Of a stretch of 51,963 bases of DNA, positions 46,967-51,963 are shown piece after piece. The notes beneath the pieces are model-generated. The model did no database searches. It was not told the DNA's origin and saw only the letters and a program-made list of their open reading frames with translations. Both the position numbers and the translations under genes were made by a program. Numbering within the stretch: the stretch's first letter is position 1; every line of letters starts with the position of its first letter. Source of the DNA: a virus (Duplodnaviria > Caudoviricetes); the IMG/VR virus record IMGVR_UViG_3300032770_000028, positions 1 through 51,963 of that record; one strand, given 5' to 3'.

Positions 46967-47289
46967 TAGAGCCACTCCTGCTTGAGTGCGTAGCCGTCCC
47001 CGAACAACGCGCCCGACAACTCGTATACCAAGTGAAACCCCATGTCCATGCCGCAGCCGTCCACCCGTACGCCGTCGCGTCCGTTCCGATCCACCGACCA
47101 GCCCAGCAAGCAGGCCGCCGCCCAGTTCGGGTGCATGGGGAATTTCCTGTCACGGAAGCTCACGAGTCCGATACTCCGCGACATGCCGCTCCGGCTCACG
47201 TGGCGAAGTATGGTGTAAATCGTGTCGCCGGGCTTGAGATACGCCAACGTGTCCCGCGCCCGCTGAATGTCTTCCTTGCTGTACCGCAT
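46966..47289 (-). CDS. Early hypothetical protein
   Basis: AAGGAG SD; ILRHVSRSGMSR...GCGMDMGFHLVY. Confidence 0.7.
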   Translation of the reverse strand: MRYSKEDIQRARDTLAYLKPGDTIYTILRHVSRSGMSRSIGLVSFRDRKFPMHPNWAAACLLGWSVDRNGRDGVRVDGCGMDMGFHLVYELSGALFGDGYALKQEWL

Positions 47290-47335
47290 GGCGTCACTCC
47301 TTGAGAGAGAAACAAGGGACTGCCAACCCGCACCT

Positions 47336-47364
47336 ACCTTACCGCCCCGCCCGCCCGAACGCAA
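47336..47364 (-). promoter_or_regulatory. Leftward sigma70-type promoter
   Basis: TTGCGT-17 bp-TAAGGT on the - strand. Confidence 0.5.
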
Positions 47365-47387
47365 GACTGCGGACAGTGTCACGCCAC

Positions 47388-47471
47388 CTATTTGGCCCGC
47401 GCCGCCCGCCGATGGTCTCTCACCACCAACACCACCACCGAAAGCACGATGTCTGCCAGTAGTATGGTCAC
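47388..47471 (-). CDS. 27-aa hydrophobic peptide
   Basis: GGGAG SD; MTILLADIVLSVVVLVVRDHRR. Confidence 0.4.
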   Translation of the reverse strand: MTILLADIVLSVVVLVVRDHRRAARAK

Positions 47472-47516
47472 GATTGCTCCCGCTCCCGTTGAGGTGAAAT
47501 GCTGCCCCTTGCTCAG

Positions 47517-47531
47517 GCATCGGCCGTGCCA
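47517..47531 (-). promoter_or_regulatory. sigma54-like -24/-12 promoter
   Basis: TGGCACGGCCGATGC (GG-N10-GC) on the - strand. Confidence 0.45.
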
Positions 47532-47586
47532 CGGCAGCGCACCAAATCGCTAAGTCCCGCAACCCCAACGAATATGCAACGTTGAT

Positions 47587-47710
47587 TGTATAATGCATAT
47601 ACAGTCACGAGTGCATAATGTATAGAAACGCACCGCGAGACGCGGCATTCGTCGCGGAATGCGAGGGTGCGCGTGCATAGTCGTGAACGAATCCATGCAT
47701 AATGTATAGA
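47587..47710. repeat. Three copies of a 15-bp operator-like motif
   Basis: TGTATAATGCATATA at 47587; TGCATAATGTATAGA at 47612 and 47696. Confidence 0.75.
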
Positions 47711-48047
47711 GCTGTGAGGCGCCGGCCCTCCCTGGTGCGCGCGAGCGCGTCGGATGCGATCCGTGTCGAATTGAAACAGTGTCGCGATGTTGTCGCTAGT
47801 CCACGCACGCGATCAACCAAACGGTTGAACACGCGCGCGGGCCAGGCCCAGCAAAGCCGACCCACCAGCACCCCTTTGCAAGCCCACAAGACAGGCTATC
47901 AGCCCGCTGGAACGCGGCATATAAAATTGGGATTCTCGTCCGAATTCGCACGATTTGGCACGAATTCGTTCATTTATGGCGAAGTGGGCTTAGCGGCTTT
48001 GCGCTTTGGGGCAGAGCGGATTTGTCCATTTCGCGTTTTGCGGCAGG

Positions 48048-49112
48048 TTATGGGGCAAATTGCGCCAGTACGTTGGCTATCCGCTCGCCTGCGTGGCCGT
48101 CGCCGAACACGTTGGAGGGCTCGATGCGCATGGAGAGCGCTTGGGAGATGGATGTCGCGACGCTGTCGCTAGTGCGGCCGGCCAGGATGGCGAGTTTGGC
48201 CTCGACGGCTTCTTGGCGTTCGGTGCGGTCGCGGGCTATCGCGGACGGGACTCCGAGCGTAGAAGCTTCTTCGACCACGCCGCCAGAGTCGGTGAGTACG
48301 GCGCGAGAGGTGGCGAGCAGGCGCACGAAGGGCAGGTAGTTCATCGGCGACACGCGGTGCACATTCGCAGGTACCGTGGCCAAGTTAATTATCGGGCCCA
48401 CGTTAGGGTTTGGGTGCATGGGCCAGAGGAACTCGGTGGCCGGGTGCTGAATGGCCGCGCGGATCAGACCGGAGACGATGCGCTGGAGCGGCGCGCCGAA
48501 GGATTCACGGCGGTGGAGCGTGACGAGCACGCGGTTTTCGTGCTCGCCGAGGCGGGCGGGCCGGATACCGGCCTGGACGAGCGCGTCCACGACCGGGTTG
48601 CCGACGAGGGCAATCAGGGCGCGTTTGGCGTAGGAGCGCATGGAGCGCAAGTTGGCAGCGGCCAAGGGCGTAGGGGCGAACAGGAGCTGGGCCCGGCGGT
48701 CGAGTTCCGTGCGAAACCGCTCCTCGGGCCAGGGGTCTTGGAGGTCAAACGAGCGGAGCCCGGCCTCGACGTGGGCCAGCGGGATGCCCCTAGAACGCGC
48801 GTAGCGCCCGCCAGCTACGCTGGAGGCCGTGTCCCCCTGCACGATGACGCCCGCGAGGGGATCGGGCCCCACAGAGGCGCCTAGCGCGCCCAGGGCCGTC
48901 TCGACGTAGGCCAGCGGGTCGTTGGCGCTCACGCAGCCCAGCGCCTCGACCGGGAACTCGTCGGCGAAGCCCGTCTGGGCGAAAAGCCCCGTGTGCTGGC
49001 CCGTGACCACCACGCGGAACGGGAGGTCGCGGGCCTTCATTGCCCGGAGCACGGGGGCCATTTTAATTCCCTCGGGACGAGTCCCGATTACCACCAACCA
49101 CGGCTTCGTCAT
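48048..49112 (-). CDS. wecB: UDP-N-acetylglucosamine 2-epimerase (non-hydrolysing)
   Basis: GTRPEGIK, TGQH, QGDT, HVEAGLRS, PWPEE, TLHRRE, TDSGG..EEA, FGDG. Confidence 0.93.
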   Translation of the reverse strand: MTKPWLVVIGTRPEGIKMAPVLRAMKARDLPFRVVVTGQHTGLFAQTGFADEFPVEALGCVSANDPLAYVETALGALGASVGPDPLAGVIVQGDTASSVAGGRYARSRGIPLAHVEAGLRSFDLQDPWPEERFRTELDRRAQLLFAPTPLAAANLRSMRSYAKRALIALVGNPVVDALVQAGIRPARLGEHENRVLVTLHRRESFGAPLQRIVSGLIRAAIQHPATEFLWPMHPNPNVGPIINLATVPANVHRVSPMNYLPFVRLLATSRAVLTDSGGVVEEASTLGVPSAIARDRTERQEAVEAKLAILAGRTSDSVATSISQALSMRIEPSNVFGDGHAGERIANVLAQFAP

Positions 49113-49127
49113 GCCTGCTCCTTCGCG

Positions 49128-49264
49128 TGAGACTGATACCTCGCGAGCGATCCCCCTAGAACCCTAGTCTCACAGGCCCCTAGTTAACTAACGTTAACTA
49201 GGGGAGTGGGAGTGAGACTAAGATTGGGCACTCTCACTATGGGCCTTGAGACTAGTTTGAGACT
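49128..49264. repeat. Iteron-like repeats plus inverted repeat (candidate origin)
   Basis: TGAGACT four times plus one inverted copy; CCCCTAGTTAAC-TAAC-GTTAACTAGGGG at 49177-49204. Confidence 0.6.
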
Positions 49265-50234
49265 TGTACAAAAATGCCTTTCCGAGCGGCGTGGGCAGGT
49301 AGAGATTGTCTTCCTGTACCACGAAGCCCCGGTCCAAGAGATTCTTGCGCACGCGGAAGAAGGTGGCGCGGCTGGTGTCGGCGCAGGCGTGGGTCCAAGC
49401 GCCGAGGCGGATCGGGGTGTCGCCGGCCGCGTCGGCCAGCACTCGCAGGAGTTCCCGTTCCTTCTCCGCCACGCCATCGCCGTCGGCGCTGGGGACCAGC
49501 ACGCAGGAGTCGCCCACCTTCTTGAGCGTGAAGTTCATCGGCTCGAAGGGGGCGGCGTCTTTCTGCTTGGCGCAGGTGAGGGAGAAACTGGTGCCCTTGC
49601 TGGACGTGGACTTGAAGCGGAGCATCGTGTCGCAGGCGCCGCCCAAGGAGGTGTGGCCGCGTTCCTCGCCGCTCTGGCGGGCCGTGTGGTGCGTGAGGGC
49701 CACGGTGGCGCCGAATTGGTCTTGGAGCGCGGCGGCGCTCGCTACCACCATGCCCATGTCGATGGCATTGACTTCGTCCCCGCCGACGAAGCAGCGGGCC
49801 AGCGTATCGAAGACGAACAGGCCCACGGGCTGCGGCACGTCCGATAGCACTTCCCCGATGAACGCCTGGAGATCGCGCGGACGGTGGAGCTGCACGGGGG
49901 CGAGCGCAATGTAGAGGCCGGGTGTCGAGACAGTGTCGTGATGCTGCATCCAGGCGGCGATGCGGGGGCAGAAGCCCCACGTGCCCTCGGCCACCACGTA
50001 CACCACGTTCGTTTGCCTCGCGGCGTGCCCGTGCCAGGGCTGGCCCAGCGAGACCGAGGCCGCCAAATCCAGCATGCCGAAGCTCTTGGCGCTCCCGCGC
50101 TCCCCGAATGCCAACACCAGACCGCCCTTGGGGAGGATGTCGGTAACTAGCCATTCGGGGGGCGGGATATCCTTGAGCGTGTCGGCGCGGACGATGTTGA
50201 AGCGGTGAGAAGTCTTCGGCAGCGGTCCCGTCAT
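49218..50234 (-). CDS. AAA_25/RepA-like replicative helicase with C-terminal winged HTH
   Basis: GERGSAKS, VVYVVAEG, FVFDTLAR, THHT..ERG.TSL, KQKD; GGAGG SD. Confidence 0.85.
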   Translation of the reverse strand: MTGPLPKTSHRFNIVRADTLKDIPPPEWLVTDILPKGGLVLAFGERGSAKSFGMLDLAASVSLGQPWHGHAARQTNVVYVVAEGTWGFCPRIAAWMQHHDTVSTPGLYIALAPVQLHRPRDLQAFIGEVLSDVPQPVGLFVFDTLARCFVGGDEVNAIDMGMVVASAAALQDQFGATVALTHHTARQSGEERGHTSLGGACDTMLRFKSTSSKGTSFSLTCAKQKDAAPFEPMNFTLKKVGDSCVLVPSADGDGVAEKERELLRVLADAAGDTPIRLGAWTHACADTSRATFFRVRKNLLDRGFVVQEDNLYLPTPLGKAFLYKSQTSLKAHSESAQS

Positions 50235-50256
50235 GCAGCCTCCCCAAGAGGGCGCG

Positions 50257-50295
50257 AACTTAACTCTTGACAGAACGCCGCGCAAGCACCAAATT
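50257..50295. promoter_or_regulatory. Overlapping divergent sigma70-type promoters
   Basis: + strand TTGACA(50267)-17-CAAATT; - strand TTGCGC(50285)-17-TAAGTT. Confidence 0.6.
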
Positions 50296-50301
50296 CGCGC
50301 C

Positions 50302-50853
50302 GTGACTGAACGCCTCCCTGCGGAAGTGACCGCCGACGATTTCGGCCTCTCCGAGTACGACCGCGAGATCATCGACCTGTTGGTCTGGCGCAAGTACCGT
50401 TTCTCCTACGTGGAGGCGCAGCGGGGCGCACGGCTCAAGCTCCTCGTGGACGCCCAGCGGCAGGTGGATGCGAAGCTCACCGAGCGCAAGATGATGAACA
50501 TCCTGCGCAACCCGGCGGCGAAGCGCTACGCGCGCAAGCAGAAAGAGGACTTGCGAGCGCTGGCGATGCGGCGACTCAAGGACTCCATTCCCGAAGTGGT
50601 GGACGACTACCACTGGGCGCGGCAGGCGGCGCGCGAGGCTGGCGACTATCGTGAGGTACGAGTGGGCGCCGCCGACCACCTTGACAGAGTTGGCGCCACA
50701 GAGAAGCCCCCGACCCAAGTGGCACAGGTGGCCGTCATCCAACTTCGCGGAAGAAACTTCGGCGCGGAGAACCTGCTTGCGCCAAGCCCGGAGCTTATTG
50801 GAGAGGTGATCGAAGCGCCGAAAGAAGGAACAGATGCCTCCGTTCAAGAATAG
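50302..50853 (+). CDS. terS: Putative terminase small subunit
   Basis: Helical, first late gene, upstream of terL; RVGAADHLDRVG segment. Confidence 0.6.
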   Translation: MTERLPAEVTADDFGLSEYDREIIDLLVWRKYRFSYVEAQRGARLKLLVDAQRQVDAKLTERKMMNILRNPAAKRYARKQKEDLRALAMRRLKDSIPEVVDDYHWARQAAREAGDYREVRVGAADHLDRVGATEKPPTQVAQVAVIQLRGRNFGAENLLAPSPELIGEVIEAPKEGTDASVQE

Positions 50854-51331
50854 TCACGGGCCACGAGAGCGTCCGTGTCGTAAGTGTGGAACTAACGACT
50901 GGCTCACCGACAAACACGGGTATCGAAAGTGTCGGGTATGCAACCAGCGTCGGGTCACGCGTTGCTACAATAAGCATCGGAGCGCTCGCCTGGCGTCAGC
51001 CTTGAAGAGACGCGCCGAGAATCCAGAACGTCACTTGTTGAAGATGGCAAAGCGTCGTGCCCGAGAGGACAACTTGGAGTTTTCTTTGGTGGCCGACGAC
51101 ATCACGATTCCGTCAACGTGTCCGATACTTGGCATTCCCATTGAATGGAAGCAGGGGAACGGCAAGGCCAGCATAGCCAATAGCCCGTCGCTGGACCGTC
51201 TGGATTCCACTAAAGGCTATACGCCCGATAACGTGCGGGTCATTTCGTATCGGGCTAACGTGATTAAGAACGACGGCACGGCTGCCGAGCATCGGGCCAT
51301 TGCGGCGTGGATGGAGCGCGAAAGCGCGTGA
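50834..51331 (+). CDS. HNH-type endonuclease
   Basis: AKRRA..CPILG..SPSLDRLDSTKGYTPDNVRVISYRANVIK. Confidence 0.85.
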   Translation: MPPFKNSHGPRERPCRKCGTNDWLTDKHGYRKCRVCNQRRVTRCYNKHRSARLASALKRRAENPERHLLKMAKRRAREDNLEFSLVADDITIPSTCPILGIPIEWKQGNGKASIANSPSLDRLDSTKGYTPDNVRVISYRANVIKNDGTAAEHRAIAAWMERESA

Positions 51332-51963
51332 CAGCACCGCTGACCATTCAACCGAACAGCCCGGAGTGGTTTGCCCTGCGCAAGCGGGCGATAACTGACC
51401 TGTATTGGTTTGCCGACATCGTGCTTGGCTACGGCCAACTCGTTCCGATGACGCCGCACACGCATTACGCGATGTGCCGGTTCGCGGAGCACCGCACGGG
51501 CATCCCGGCGCTGGACGAGGCGCACTACCGCATGGTCTCCGTGCCGCGTGGCGTCGGGAAGACCACGCTCATCACCCGTGCCCGGTCCATCCAACTTGCG
51601 CTGGCCAACCCGGACATCGCCATCCTGATCGCGAACGAGCGGCAGGAGAACGCGAACGCGTTCCTGGCGGAGATCAAGAGTCACTTCGAGGGCAACGACT
51701 TCCTGCGGGCGCTGTTCCCCGAGCGGATGCCCGGCGACTTCCTGCGGGACTGGAGCGCCGAGCGCGCCCTGCTCCCGCGCGGCCAGGCCCGCGTCGAGCC
51801 CACGTTCATGACCATCGGCGTGGGCGGCACGATCACGGGCATGCACCCCGATGTCATTATCTGCGACGACGTGATCAGCCGCGAAGCGATGGAGAACGCG
51901 CGGGCGGGTTCCTGGCAGATCATGGAGCGGACGAACCGCTGGATCAACCAGTTGCGCCCGCTC
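51328..51963 (+). CDS. terL: Terminase large subunit, N-terminal ATPase part (wraps to 1180)
   Basis: GTG 51328; Walker A VPRGVGKTT; GVGGTITG.HPDVIICDD; absent from the ORF track because it has no stop before the window end. Confidence 0.93.
   Translation, partial: MTAPLTIQPNSPEWFALRKRAITDLYWFADIVLGYGQLVPMTPHTHYAMCRFAEHRTGIPALDEAHYRMVSVPRGVGKTTLITRARSIQLALANPDIAILIANERQENANAFLAEIKSHFEGNDFLRALFPERMPGDFLRDWSAERALLPRGQARVEPTFMTIGVGGTITGMHPDVIICDDVISREAMENARAGSWQIMERTNRWINQLRPL
51837..51963. repeat. Terminal direct repeat copy 2
   Basis: Identical to 1-127. Confidence 0.95.

Noticed and set aside
51837-51963. 127-bp terminal repeat as a biological DTR
   Set aside because: It lies inside terL, and 127 is a common maximal assembler k-mer, so an assembly overlap is more likely

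Overview
The window is a complete, circularly assembled, GC-rich genome of a tailed dsDNA phage with podovirus-like architecture. Bases 1-127 recur exactly at 51837-51963, giving a unit length of 51,836 bp, and the join falls inside terL. The + strand carries one long late region (about 50302 through the origin to 37579): TerS, TerL, portal, scaffold, major capsid protein, many Ser/Thr-rich virion proteins, duplicated adaptors, spikes and fibres, nozzle, GH108 endolysin and ejection proteins. The - strand carries the early/replication arm: AAA_25 helicase, WecB, PD-(D/E)XK exonuclease, Sak4-like ATPase, SSB-like protein, DUF5131, Lar-like protein and GroES. I recognised no integrase, DNA polymerase or canonical tRNA. 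The most notable signal is a dispersed glycan-building toolkit, mostly interleaved with virion genes: three GT-A genes (one a GT-GT-FKBP-like fusion), a nucleotide-sugar epimerase, a methyltransferase, and WecB in the replication arm. Together with Ser/Thr-patch virion proteins, this suggests a virion O-glycosylation system. Other signals are five free-standing endonucleases (one with an RBS-sequestering hairpin and overlapping promoter), a possible single-chain spanin with a beta-hairpin end, a sigma54-like early promoter with upstream repeats, and a cloverleaf element before the endolysin. All calls come from reading motifs by eye; no searches were run.
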